Part shown: positions 40,001 through 54,100 of the stretch, in pieces
How positions within the stretch are numbered: the stretch's first letter is position 1
Layout of the letters: every line of letters begins with the position of its first letter
Assembly (NCBI RefSeq): GCF_000150275.1
Contig: NW_002060943.1
Location: forward strand, 11,532,878 to 11,596,877
Length of the DNA: 64,000 bases
Direction of reading: 5' to 3'
DNA from: Trichoplax adhaerens
Lineage: Eukaryota; Animalia; Placozoa
The notes under the pieces: generated by a model
Database searches by the model: none
The model's input: only the letters and a program-made list of their open reading frames with translations
What the model was told of the DNA's origin: nothing
Translations under genes and position numbers: made by a program

Positions 40001-41085
40001 CCATGAAGTTATTACCAGAGTGATGCACCAACTAATCAATCATAATAATGGTAGTTTATATAGTGTACATTACCAAAGATGTAACTACCTGCGCAACATA
40101 ACCAGCTGGCCCAGGCAGAACCTTGGTTTGTAATTCGTCCAGAGTATAACGAAAGTAGCCCAGATTCATTGCTTTATCCCAAGCATTGCGTAATTGGATA
40201 TCAAACTATAATGAAGAGATAAATAAAAGTTCTATCTTCTAAAGTGCCCAAGATATACTGTATATCGCACATCATATCCTTAGTTTACACTACACTAAAT
40301 AGTACTACCGCACAGTACTGTACAGTATAGGGTGTAGAAATCCAATCCAGATTCAAAATAAATAATATGATCAAAACTTGATCGATTTTATTTCAATTTG
40401 ATATTAATCGACACCATGTAAACACATATCAATTTTGACGGGTTTTATAATAAATAAAATAAACCATAAAAATATGCACTGATTTATCTGAAAAGAAATT
40501 CTACATTCTGTACTATACAGCGTAAAATCTTCAGCCTACAGTAATGCCAGATCTACTACTGTATACTGTACTGTACAGTATACTTGTAGGGTATATCGCA
40601 AATTAACGATTTGCATGGGCGAGGTATGTTTGTCTTGCAATTCTTCCACGCCACCATCTTTAAACCGCAAGGGATAGTTTTTAGCGGAAGGATACTGATC
40701 ATTATCGACATATCTGTTAGTTTTAAGATTTGGAGCATATTACTGACCACTCGGCCGAGAAATCTGTAGATAGCGATACACCCTACAGTGTACTGTATAC
40801 TATAGCTCTACTGCACATACACTATATACAGTACTGTTGTGAAGAAATTGAATCTTTTTACTACTGTAACCAACAGTGCAAGCTATATCCAGTTATGATG
40901 CAGCCAACGGCTGAACCACTTTGATTGCCTGTTGGCATGATTATGCTCAAGAATCTAACCTTACTGAGCTGATTTTGATCTTCGTTTGCTGATGTTGGGA
41001 GATGATGTACGAGTAAATCGCCAGAAGAGTAAGGGAATTTGCATTTCTCCGTAATTAAAGAATCGTTTCCGCTTTGCTTTGACAT
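37091..41085 (-). CDS. GDPGP1: GDP-D-glucose phosphorylase 1 (VTC2/HIT family), multi-exon
   Basis: FDIQLRNAWDKAMNLGYFRYTL...TKVLPGPAGYVAQ, QPFDGTRFNFNKI, IINVSPVEYCNILLVP, GFRIGFNSICGFASVNHLHFHAY (HIT-like), AHNIFITRG, VLVWPR, AFCELAGH. The first exon 41085-40960 (MSKQ...FPYSSGDL...LSK) is inferred from phase and similarity. Confidence 0.93.
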
Positions 41086-41799
41086 GATGCGTTGTGTCAA
41101 TGGGCGTCCGTAGTTCGGATCTTCAACTGTATGGATGCGTTTGTATCTGTGGTCTTTCACATTGCGCGAGCTGGGAGAGACTTCCTAACTCGATTTTGCC
41201 TCTTCTTTTCAGTTACAATCCCTACTGCGAGCTGTCGTACCACTCTGGCTAGCAGACCATTGAAGGGATCCAGCAAAAGTCTGGACCATAAATAAAAGGT
41301 ACCTTAATAATATTATGGAGACCCTCAAACTTCAAGATAGTTTTAAGCGTAGTAGTTTGTTTAATGAGTTCAATAATACCGTGCAGATCGCGTCCATACA
41401 GTTGTCCGTATAGCATGGTACTGTGTAGTCACGTGTTAAAAGAAAGAAAATGCTGTGGCAACCATAGTGATACACTGTGTTGTCGTGTACAGTGTACAGT
41501 ACGGCAACCTTGTTGTTACAGTACATAGACTGTAGTCAGTGTGTACTGTACACCGTGGGTCGATGTGATGCGGCTGCCTACTGTCGCATCACCGCTGACG
41601 TCAACCACACTGATAGCGAGGAGGAGCATTGTCCCCTATCGGCCCATACAGCAAAGTGAACTAGAAGTACTGGTTGGCGCATACAGTAGTATAAAAATTG
41701 AGTGGCAACGTCTTCGCCGAACTGGGAGCAAGACTGGAAAGTAGTAGCAGCTGATGCCTTCGAATAGCAAGTTTACCTGGTAAATTGGAGAAGAAAAAA
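41086..41799. promoter_or_regulatory. Bidirectional promoter region GDPGP1/MED17 with TACAG/CTGTA motifs and a CRE-like TGACGTCA
   Basis: Divergent starts about 0.7 kb apart; gtacagtgtacagtac and gtactgtaca repeats at about 41418-41550; tgacgtca at about 41596. Confidence 0.65.
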
Positions 41800-44700
41800 A
41801 TGTCTTCCATCAATGTTGATCTTGATTTACAGCAAACCAATCGAATGAAAGAAATTTCTTTAGATGGCAAAGAAAGCTACGTTGAGTAAGTCGATTTTCT
41901 TATAGAATACACTGACTGTACAATGCCTAATCGATTGCGTTGTCAGACGGTGGACCAACTCAGTCACAGAACAAAGTAACAGTTGGCTCGAGGATAAATC
42001 TACTATGCTCCAACTAGTAGCCAGTTCCAATTGAAAATAGTTATAATAGGATACCGAAAGGGAATAGAATGGAAGAAATTTTCGATCAATATCAATATAC
42101 GACTCCTCTACATGACATGTCGAAAAATACAGTACAGTACATTGGTATTTTAGACATGTAATACTGTAGAGGAGAGTGGTAGATTGATATTGACAAGGTC
42201 CATTTTATACATAGAATAGAGCGGGAGTCGTAAATTGATGTTGATCCCAAATTTCTTTTATATAGCAAAGGTAGCTAGCTACATTGAGTAAGTCCATTTT
42301 CGCATAGGTGTACAGTTTACTGCCTATATTGTAGTCGTGCAATGACTACAGTAGTTTGAGAATCGATGACATAATACAAAGTCATCTACACCAGTGAATT
42401 AGAAATCAAGTATGCTTGAGCTATTTAGGCACAGACGGTATAATTCAAAAATACAATCAGAATACGCTGTAATTATATCATTCGTTCCATTGAGTATGAG
42501 TTAACTCTACCCTTGAATGTTGTTACTATCTTTCAATAGTATTACTCATCAATAGCTTCGTTTGCTCTGCTAGTGTTTGGATTATGAACCCATCGATCAT
42601 CGATGGGTCACGGTAAACAATCTGCATGTCCATTGTACAGTACACGATAAAGTAGAGAAAGGATAATCTCAGCAAATTCGATATCTTTAGTAGCGATCAA
42701 GGAGCAGGGTATAAGGTTATACAGCCAACGTATACACGTATACTTTCTAAGGAAAGAAAATGTTGACATATCCGTACTACCATTTTCAGTACTACGCAAG
42801 AATTATCTGTTGCTATTACGACTGGAGCATTTTATTGAAATTAATTAATGTAGAATGGAGTAATGGAGCTTTTCTCATTATAATTATCAATGACAACGAA
42901 CTTCAGCCCTATATTGCTTACTGTATCGTAACGCAACTGTACTCGTATATCTACGTTCCATTGCAACAGTCTATTTTTCTACTATGCTGCACTGTAGAAA
43001 TATCTTGAATAAACTTGGTTGACTGGATTGATCATCATTGATCAATCCAGTTTTAAATTTTGACCATGTGGTAGAAGTATATCGTTGCATTTTTATACAA
43101 TAAGATTCGTCTAGGACTCCATCAATAAAATAATCTTGCTACTGTGCAACAGTTAGCAGTAATGAAATGATCTTTCATAGTTCACTAGATATTAAAAGAA
43201 AAATTAAAGTTAATAGAATAAAAAGACTTAGTGTATAAATGCGATAAACCTTCTATACTTACGTTTGTAAACAAGAGTAATCGTATTTGAATTGATGGCA
43301 TGTTTGCAATCCTTTTTCTACTATATCTTATACTACCTAATGTTACTGATCATGATAGTTAAGTCAAGCAATTACTCTTCTAATTGCTTTTCCTATGAAT
43401 TAAAATTACCAATGTAAATATGATACTTACCACAGTATAAGAACATCATGATCAGTTTGCCTACCCAATACAGTACTGTAGTATGCCATTGTTAAAGTGA
43501 TTTCCTTATTTTAAAAATATAGAAAACTATCGCCTTCAGCCAAGTTACTTCAGTTTGCTCAACAGATTGATTTTAATCAATTATTCGATCATGGCGATGA
43601 AGAAAATGATAACGCATCGACTACTAATGAAAAAGAAGAAAATTCGATGTCAGCTAATCAGACGGTAGCGACAAGACCCTGGGATTCTGTTCAATCCAGT
43701 TTGAGGTTTGTTTATCACATAGATACGTCATTGGGTTTTTCCACTACTATATTTCTTGTAATGTGCTTTATATTTATAGTTATTCCGTTTTTGATAAATA
43801 AAAATGTTTCTAGATTTGAATATGAAATAGAACGATTTATACCGCTTTAATTTTCAGTAGTTCTTAACAATTCAACTACACTACTTGCTTTGCCGCCTGT
43901 ATTGCAAATTGTTATGATAGTGTGGAAAAATACGCAATTTATCAATTTAAATTGCATTCGATAATATGATTTTCAATTATGATCCTTTAGGAGCGCTCTG
44001 GTCGAGATTAGTGCCCTTGCAGATCTACTAAAGGTATCTGGGCAAAAAAAGTACGTAGTTCTGGATCCAGTACAGGGTGAAAAGTCTTCATCAAGCTCAA
44101 TGGTTCAATTATTGGCTAAGAAAAAGGTACAATTTATATTGACTCTATTGCACTTGTTGTAAAGCTATATATATGTATATCATGTCAATGTTTTTTCTGT
44201 ATACTGTTTCAAGATGATAACAATTATCACTTCTTCCGATTTGTCTACCGGCTTGCTGATCTATTAGTACATTAGCATTACAAATATCATTTGTTATTCC
44301 TTTAGAATTTGTCTGGAGCCGCTAGTATATTACGTAAAGGATCCGATGAGATTGGACAGTATGATGAAGACGGTCGAAGTGGGTATTACTCTAACCTAGC
44401 AAAATTGCGTAAGAATTGGAAATTACGGCGAATTGGGCCTAGAATTGTCGGAGACCTCACACTAGTTAGATCAAGTTAGTAATAGCTTAATATTGATTTC
44501 AATCCGGCCAATTATGGTGTATGCAATTTGGTCTTTAAAACTTGCTGTACACAAGTGTCAATGTACTTAGTAGGATAAAGGTTAACGTAAGGCATAACTT
44601 TTCTAATTGCAGTTGGTGCCCCAGCTATGCGATCTTTTGGAATATTTGAAGTTTCAAAGCTTACTGTCAATAAAAAGGATAATGATAGTTTTCTTAATAT

Positions 44701-46779
44701 TATTTTGGGAACTCATATAAGAGGAAGAAGCTCAATTAATATTTCCTTGTTTATTGACGGTAAAGTGTTCTTTATCAGATATAAACTATTTCAAATACTA
44801 TTTATACCTTTTTAAATCCTTCAAGGTCTATATTAACTAATTCTGTTTATACTTGTAAAATTCATAGGTAATGAAATTAATACATGCCCGACGACCTTTT
44901 TGCATATTAATCGAACTACATGGCCATTATGGCACAGGAAATTAAAAGACGCACAAAATGTCTTATTTTGTAAAATATTATTCAACAAGGTAAAAAATAA
45001 AGTCAAAATCAGATAATTCAGTACAAAATGACTGTAATGAATCGTCTTTTTGTTGATTAAAGATCTCCGACATTGAAAATTTTTTCACTTAATCTCACAG
45101 CTTGTACAGGAGTCGTACCAAGGAAACAATCAATTTCAGTGTCGTTTAATAGGCAATAAATTGGAAATAAAGGTACAGTATAAGCAATTTGCTTCGAGCT
45201 ATCGTTAGCAATAAGTATTATCTATATAGATACCCCGTAATGTATTAAGAAATATAATCATTTAATAACAGCTAGCAGATCGTATCTGGCTGTGTATTAT
45301 AGATCATCATTTCTACGATGAATCAGATCAATTATGTGAAGAAGTAAGTTGTTTATATACTGAATGTTGTTTATCTATTCCAGATTATCAGAATTATGTA
45401 TCGATTTCGACAAATTAGTAATGTTTCGAAATTTTTTCTTCTTTAAAGAGTCAAATAAATGCCGCAGTTAAGGACCATTTTTTGCTCCAGTCATACTGTT
45501 ATATATTGGAACATGCATTACAGAATCTGTTACAAGAAATGCACAAGAAACCAAATACAAATTCAAAAGGACGGTCTGGTAAAAAACGAGCTAATCAGAA
45601 AGATACCTCAACGAAAAAGAACAAGTACGATATAATAAGGGAAAATAATAATGTATTATTGATGTACAAACATTAATTTATGACCTTAAAAGCCTTGAGG
45701 AAAATTGTTAAAAAGGTAAATTAATTTGATCCTTTTTTATACATTTAGCGATAATACTAGCATTTTATGGAATATCATACCACAAATCCAACATATGCTA
45801 CTTCGAAGAAGGTAATCATAAACTTTGCATTGTTACTATCAGCAGAGTTTCTTGGAATTGGATGTAATGTTATCTTTTCGTCATTTTGGACACATAATAT
45901 AGGGTTGCTAAAACAATTGATTCCGTGGCGTGCTCTGTTTATGATGCTTGTATGTGTGTTCATTGGCACAATTTAAGTTGTAGTAAATCTTCTACAGCTA
46001 CAATTATCATCTCGCAAAAGAATGCTAGGAGCTTTAATAGGTAGGTTAAATACATGCAGCTTTTGTACGATATCAGCTTACTTTTACTCAACACATATGA
46101 TTGATTACTTAATTCTACATAGGAAAATGCTTCGTCTTACTGTAGAATCAGATAAAATAAGTGCCATCTGCCCCAATAATGCAGTTTTCAGCTTCAAATC
46201 GGACGTACATTCTGTAGCAAAGTTCTTAGAGAGTGAGGTAAGCTGCGTATAACAGTCTTCGTAAAGACCAGTTTCAAGATGTCTTCACCTTGTAAAATTG
46301 AGCATTTTTGTTGATTATAATAAATATGCGTGATGTTTTATTTAGGTTCATTCATACTTGTGTGATACCATCATAAAAGTTGGCATTGCTGCAGGCTGGC
46401 ATCAGCTATTAAAACGAAGTGATACGAGTACTCGTACGTTAACGGAACGAAATCAAGTCTTTCATATTGTTTTGTTATCTCCAAACAAGCAGACGTAAGA
46501 TTATGATTACTACTATTGCATAACGTTAAAAATCACCAACATATAGGACGATTGCTGACAACCTGTCTAATTTTTTTATGTTGTTCCTTTAGCTCACTAT
46601 ATGTTCGTGTAAATCCTCTGGAGACCATCTCTTTCTTTGCTAAAATATTAAAAGACTCTACTGAGTGTCCTAAGAGTCAAGGAAACGATCTAGCTACATT
46701 GAAGAAGATTAATTGGGAGAGAATATACGGGACAACGCTAAATATCAGATTACGAATGTTATTTGCAGCATTAGCGTAA
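41800..46779 (+). CDS. MED17: Mediator subunit 17 (multi-exon)
   Basis: MSSINVDL...KEISLDGKESYVE|KLSPSAKLLQFAQQIDF...RPWDSVQSSLR|SALVEISALADLL...YVVLDPV...LLAKKK|NLSGAASILRKG, LRKNWKLR..G..IVGDL, WHRKLKDAQNVLFCKILF, C-terminal INWERIYG...MLFAALA*. Confidence 0.93.
42073..42257. repeat. Nested imperfect inverted repeats (foldback/MITE-like) in MED17 intron 1
   Basis: The left arm aagaaattttcgatcaatatcaatatacgactcctctaca...aaaatac can pair with about 42146-42193 or, alternatively, with 42223-42257 (gggagtcgtaaattgatgttgatcccaaatttctt). Confidence 0.8.
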
Positions 46780-48239
46780 CCGTTAACTGTTCATTGTCTA
46801 CACCCTTTGTAATTAGATGTATAGTCATTCTTAAAGCTACTACATCCACGAAATTTCAAGAAATCTTTTGTATTTTTACTCTTCTTATAACTTGAAGTGT
46901 CAATCGTAGCTCTCCAAATATTTCGATGCAAATTCATGATAATGTATTCAAATGAACAACTGGGTTGCAAAAGTAAATATGTTAAAATTTTGGTATAGCA
47001 CTTTACCAGTTAATTTAGCGTAATCAATATAAGTATGTTAATAGTTGGTCATACATAAAAAGCGTGTAAATTGCGATTCAACATGGACTTTAAGTAAAGT
47101 CTAGATTGTGCTAATACAGTCTACTATAAATATGTTAGGTTTTTTATTTCAAATTTCGATATACACGTATAGTTATTATAAGAGTGAGTTATCATCTAAG
47201 CTCTTGTAGAAAGGCTTCCCTATTGTTCCTGAAAGTGTTAAGCACCTTACGTTGATAAAGTCCAGTGGAAAAGCTTGGACACAACTAGTAGTAGCACACG
47301 ATCTGTTATTAATTTATTTCTTTGTAACATGACTAATATTTCGTGCAAAATGATATTGTGCTTGTAGGACAGTTGGCAACATTCAAGTACTTTATTATTT
47401 TAAGATTCGATAATGTATATCCAAATTAATTAAATAAATGCCAATGCTTGTCAATTTTGAAATGTAACGTAGAAATTGCTAAATAATTCGTACATTTCAT
47501 TAATTGCTTAAACATGGACTACTATTCAACAAGTTATGTCAAGCAATTGTAAAAAACAATTATTGCAATCGCTGGCATTTTTTACTAGAAAAGGAATACT
47601 TTAGTTTTATAAGCGGCTAAATCTCAATATTAGTTTTGAGTTACAGACTCACAACTAACTTAAAAACTGTTACGCGGAATACTTGTAAAATTATTATTAC
47701 GGTTATGGTAATGATATTCCAAACATAAATCATGGCTCTATCTTAATGAAATAGTAGGTGAATCTAATTACTGAGTGATTTTCTTGCATACGAGTACGCC
47801 CGTGTTATAACTACTACCATTATGATACCTAATTGACCATAAATAGCAGTTACAAAGCAGCCTGGATTGTATTATGATATTGTAATCGCAACACGAGATA
47901 GAGCAGATTAATTATTAATGTACAATGTTGCAATTATATAAATACGCGTGATCCAAATAGAAATGTCTCAAATTGACTAGTTATTCCTCTAACCCGATCA
48001 AAATATCCCAGTAAGAGTATTTCAAATTCTTCAGTAAATAGAAATTTTCAAGAAAACGAAATAGCGAACAATTTAAGCTATTATGCATTTCCTGTGTACT
48101 ACGCATATGCATGCCTTAAGTAGTAACTAAGTCAAATTATTAATTTATGAGGGTTTAAAAAATTCATCATTGCAAATGCCGAAAATAGTAATTAAGTAAC
48201 AAGTGACAAAGCACCAAAAGTCAACCAAAGTCATGACTT

Positions 48240-51089
48240 TTAGCCTTGTAGCATCGACAAAAATTGTTCGTATGGTATAACCACCTTTATATCCGTTTTG
48301 ACTCTGTCACCAATCTCTTTGGATAATGGTACATTCAGCATTAACTTATCCAATGCACCAGCGTTTGGAAGGTTGAATATTATGTGGACCTAAATTCCGT
48401 GACAAGATTTAAAAATAAATTTCTATGACATTTACGACTGTACAACAACGTAAAAAAATTTATTTGAAAATGATTAGTGAAAGTAAATTTTTACCATATA
48501 GTATTACTTACCAGCCTTTCCGCAGTAACTTTAAAAATATCAACTACATGACCTAAATTCTTAGCTTTAACAGCTCGCAGCGCTTCTTGATACCAAATCT
48601 TTAAAAGTTCTTCTTGTTTTAAGCCTTTATAAAAAATCATGATGCCGTAATAATATAATATCAGCCTATTATACATTACTGTTTTAGATAGCTTATAAAA
48701 ATTGCGTGAGACATACACGTACAAGTTGTTGTTTTATAGAGGAAATTTTTTATCAATATACTCTACACAAATACTATAGCTTCGAGTCAGATACTAAATT
48801 TCTTTCTCTGTAGTTATTACATTGGAATACTGTTATATGTGTGTATATTTTCACAGTTTCATTCTTAATACCTTCATAACCAATATCCATAGTAACGAGA
48901 TAATAATTGGCCTTCGCATTTTCTGGGTCAAATTTAGAGGGCAAATCTTCTAAAACTTCAGAATCATCAGATAGCCTTTCTTTAAGTTCTTTATACCAGC
49001 TGTAATATGGCCTTAATAAACTTGATTTAATAGTTACTTGATCACCAAGCTTTTTCATTATCGGAGAATCAAAGCTTATTTTATCCATACTATCACACGA
49101 TTCCGCTTGATATACTACAGTGAATGGTGTTAATTACATTTTAGTATGAAGACAAAACATCTAACAGAATGTCACGGTACGAACTACCGTGAAGAAATGG
49201 CTATCTAAATTTGGTTAATATAATATAGTGATAATATATTACTACTAGTTACTTACAATAGGAATTACTCTAATTAGAAATGTATTACAGTAAATTTAAT
49301 GTTGTGCTGTAATGTGCACTGAAATGATTCTGTGAATGGACATGTTGTAATCCGACTGTGGAAAATTAGTTAGTAGATGTTCTCACCTAAGTATTTTATA
49401 AGATGACTCATGAATGTTAGCAGCTGTAGAAGGGTATATAAGCCCGTCAGATAGTTGAATAAAGTAGTTCTCAATTATCTAGTTGAGTTTAACGTAAAAT
49501 CAAAGGCGTCTAAATTCTTGTGAGATAGTTAAGGGATACTGAATCCCGGAGACTATAGTAATTTAAAGATTTGTTTTACGTTATCTTTGTCACGAAGTTG
49601 GTTTGTGACACAGAACTGTAGCTCTAACAAAAGCGCCACTTTGTTAAAAGATACCAAATAATTCTAGTAATAAATACTGAAAATCAATGATCATTTTAAT
49701 CTAAAATCTAAAATCTAGAAAACGTTAATTCATGAAAAACATATCAATTACTTCCATCATGATAGGATGTTGATTTAAATACTATATGTGATGATAAATA
49801 AAGTAGATGTTATAATTCATTTACCAAGAGCAATTATATGCTTCAGTATCTTACTGTAACGAACTCAGTAAATTGAGTATTCACTAACCTTAGCAAACTT
49901 TTAAGATAACTAATGAGCAGGATAAGTGCTACGAATTGCCAATTAATTATTATCTCATTTAAAATATTTTAAAGTTCAATTCTGCTTTATATAAGCTATG
50001 TCGTGAGCCATATATAAAGTATTAATGGACATGTCTTACTTAACGTTCTTTGTTAACTTAATTTAAATATGTTTTTTATAGGTCTTAATTATGGATTGTA
50101 TGTTGTTTTCCCATAATAGGAAAAAACATTAAGTATGAAAAATTATAATAATTTAATAAGAAAACTTCCAGTTTTTAAATTATGGAATTCGTTTTTAGCT
50201 ATTGCTTTAAATGTAACCCAGAATCATTTAACTTTGAAGCATTATTAAGATTAAATATCACAATAATATGAAATCATAGCATCGAAGTTAATCTTACTAT
50301 ACTGGTTCTATGTTTGTCAGATATCTTTATCTTTGACTTTTTCGAATTAAGAAAACTATCAGATAAAATTAAACTAAGTATTTGATTACAATTTTAAATA
50401 AAATAGAAACCTTAAGACTGTCATATGCACCATTTTTTATCATTCTAACTTAAGTTGACAAAAATCAAACAAACAAGTTAACCCCGCAACGGACAAAGAA
50501 ATCAAATCGATTCATTACAGTAAATCAAACTCTTATATACAATACGGAAAATATCGATGAATTTCAGAATAAGTAATAGACTTTGATCAAGAAAGTAAAG
50601 CCGTAATATTCACTAGAGGCAGTACCTCTTCTTTTGATCACGTAGCATAGTATGTACATTACTGTACTTTATTATGGGATAAATGGCTAAATCCTATACA
50701 CAATATTTACTTACCAACATAAGCCTTTCTTTCTCCAACAACCTAAGTGCGAAGCGTGAGTTAGATCAGTGATGGTTATTGTCTATACGAATTAATTTCA
50801 AAGATTTGAATTGTAACACTTTCTTTCTGAACGAAAATGCCAACCACTTAATTACCTTCCAAGCCTGTAATACAGTGCCATTTTTTTTGGATTCAAGAAC
50901 TTCTTGGATTTCCTGTGTCCACGCTTCTAATAAATCAGCTTGCGAATGACCATGATAACCAATAGTAAACTCTAGCATAAATAAAAAGCCTTTATTAGCC
51001 ATTTCTTGGTATTTTTTGTTGCTTGAGACCGGTGTTATATTTGGTGTAACCGTAGTATTTCGTGAATTTTTACAAGAAGCTGCTCCCAT
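48240..51089 (-). CDS. 255-aa protein with two tandem muconolactone delta-isomerase (CatC)-like domains and a predicted N-myristoylation site; exons 51089-50856, 50742-50715, 49114-48872, 48624-48512, 48389-48240
   Basis: All four introns are GT-AG and phase-compatible (768 nt total). Repeat 1 LFMLEFTIGY...WTQEIQEVLESKKNGTVLQAWKVVGERKAYVVYQAESCDSMDKISFDSPIMKKLGDQV...RPY; repeat 2 YYLVTMDIGY...WYQEALRAVKAKNLGHVVDIFKVTAERLVHIIFNLPNAGALDKLMLNVPLSKEIGDRV...IPY. The pattern resembles CatC from memory. The gene model is more secure than the family call. Confidence 0.75.
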
Positions 51090-51114
51090 TTAAGTTAACT
51101 CTCAAAGAGGTTAT

Positions 51115-51160
51115 AGCTACTACTGTAGTAGCTCAAGACGTATGTTTAGGCTTTATAAAG
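51115..51160 (-). promoter_or_regulatory. Candidate TATA box and adjacent perfect palindrome upstream of the MIase-like gene
   Basis: TATAAA on the minus strand at 51157-51152, about 63 bp upstream of the ATG; agctactac-t-gtagtagct (9-bp arms) at 51115-51133. Confidence 0.45.
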
Positions 51161-54100
51161 ATGAAATCACCATAGTAACAACCTTATTTAATGCTAATGA
51201 AGGACTTATGCTAATTGATTTCTTAATTTACTTTATCCACAGGTGACTACTATTCTATTCTACTATACATGTTATTGTGCACAACCCACAAATTGTTACT
51301 TAGTCAACTATGATGGTAATAATATTTGGCTTGTATCGATCGATCCGGCTATTGAAACAATCCTCTAATGATGTTAAAATAATAAAAAGCTCATATCTTT
51401 TAAGAAAATTATATTTTTACTAACTTAATTTATTGTAAAAATGAAATTTATTATTCAAGTAAAATTCTATTAAAGGCCGCAAGCTATCGATAGCTTTAAA
51501 GATTTCTTGGAATTCAAGGAGATAGGGAGATATTTTACAATTCTTAAAATGAATCGTTTATGATATTAAATTCCTTAGATATCAGTCCCAAATGATTAAC
51601 GCAAAATAAAAGAATATTCGATTTTATTTATTACAACAAGTAATATTATCAGGTACTTTCGTACCATGTGAGCCGCAATACAGTTAACATCACCATAAAG
51701 GTTAAATTACAGTCAGTACAGTTTAGTCTCGATAAAATGACCCCTTTTATCTTAATACTGGATAGATGAAGAATTTAATAAATACGGGGATTATTGGTTT
51801 CATTGTAATCCAATATTTATAGTAGAAAAGCACTGAATTTCAAATAGCAATTAAAAACGCAATTATCCTAGCAGAACGTCATAAAAGTAACTAAGGTACC
51901 CATAACAAATTGTATTTATTATAGTAGCGTCGACACGTAATACAGTATACGGAAAAACAGAGAAAAATCTATCAATATTGGTTGTGAATGTTAACATGAT
52001 GCAACGGTAGTCTAATACTGTATTTCATATTACATATATTATTTGGAATCTTTGATTGAATATGAATTTAGTAAATTTCTTATACTTGTTATATATTACT
52101 ATCCGTTGTGAGCATTGTTATTATTTAGTGTATTGATCATTCATAATGTAATAGGTAGCATTCACATATGGTAAGGTCTGTGGCAAAATAAGAGATTAAT
52201 AAACAATTACTAGACATATGTTTACTTCATAATTAAGCTTGTTTTGCATCTAATAATATGTAATCAGTATTTGCATCTCAGGATATGATAACTAGTTTAC
52301 CGTCATGACTTACAAGTATTGAAATCCATCTAATGTCTCGTTATAGGCCCCGTACGATAATAGTATAATAATGAGTAACGAGATTTTTTGGTTGTCTTCA
52401 GTAGTATGAAAATATAAACACTAAATTATTTATAAATTATAATCAAGAGAATCGATACGGTATGCAAAGATCAAACGATAGATTTAACAAATCTTACAGT
52501 ACCCAACTTTAGATATAATGTGAAATATAAAGCCATCATATATAAATTTTGCCCTAATTCCAATCGAAGTAATATAATATCAATTTTCATGAATAATTTT
52601 TCAGCAACTGACGAATAACGATTTTATCTTTATCACATTTTCGATTACCAGGTCTCCATTTGATATTTTATCACTATGACTAATTGAATTCTATTAAAAG
52701 TTGCTATGGAAATACAAATTCTGGCGTAATAGCAGACAATTTTGGTACTTTACAGCATAAGCGCATATATGCATTGTGTTTTGCTCTGTAGCATAAATTA
52801 TGAGAAAATCGCAAAAGTTTTCTACTAATGTTCTGTTATTGATTGAAGACGATCTCAGCTTTAAACTCGAGTGCTGAGGGCTCTACTGGACGCATTTAGC
52901 CTTCTTGATTTGCCATGATATATTTGCAACAGAATTATGCAAGCTTATTGAATTAAGTTTAATTACATGAAAGTTTTCAGATATTCTGAATGATAAATTT
53001 TTAACACCAAAGTAATCGATAGTACACAAAGTATACAGTCAATACAGATGATTACTTCTATAGGTATAACACATTAATAAGAGTTAGTATTGAACCATGT
53101 TTTGGTCCGTAATTTATCACCACATATCATGCATGTATATGCTCGTATATCTATATACGATGGACAATCATTTCTTGCTTACAAATACTAAGATTAAAAT
53201 CACTGAAGCCAAGTTCGATCTCTGTAGTTGAGATATTAGCATAATTATAATTACTATTTTAAAAATTGCAAAGATGAAGCTTTACCTTTATTATTATCGA
53301 TAAATTGTCTTATAATTTCAATAACGAAAAAAAGTACAAAAAATATTACACGCTGTTTTTGTTATTAATTTTTTTCGTAAATAATTGAATATTTATAAGA
53401 TTTAGTGTTAAGATGCTTCTGTAAAGTGGCAACTAACAGATTTAATTTATTTTGATAGCTTCGCTAGCTACTATAATCCTGCAATACAGTCTTATGGAAT
53501 TTTGAGTTAGAAAATACGTTAAAAAATAGAGCTGGATCTGTAGCAGGTAAACTATGGGGATGCATCTCTATTTACCAAAGATCTACTACAATTCTGTGTT
53601 GGTCTAGAGTTGTGTAATTTGTATTTTGGTAACCTTTTCGTAAAATGCTATACCAGGAAGGACGTATGTCTAAATACAATACATCTTGAAGGGCCATCAC
53701 GAATTTGCCTTTATAGAACCAGTTATATCAATGTAATAGATTTATTTAATGTGATATGATATGGGTGTTATTCATCACTATCTATGTTCTATATTACTAC
53801 GCTAATACATTACAGATGAGCTGAATGATGGCAATCTATTCTACAACAACATATCTAATTTAGTGTGAAGTCTTTAGATTTAGTAGGAAATTTTCACTCT
53901 TCTAATTTCTGGTTCTAAATTAGCTTAGTAGTTTACTGCAGCTATCGTATGTGGAACTTTAAAAGGCTCATTAACCGTTTAGCGTACTGTATACTTGCTT
54001 GGATTGATGATTTCCGTATACACATGTATATGAATTACTTTATATGAAGATAGACTAACACACACACAACTTGGCACGTGTAATGATGATTATTTCTATA

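Noticed and set aside
40582-40713. Possible extra or alternative first exon inside GDPGP1 intron 1 (...MQIVNLRYTLQ|gt)
   Set aside because: As an internal exon it gives an immediate stop in the required phase. As a first exon it has a weak donor and no homology support, while the 41085-40960 exon fits better.
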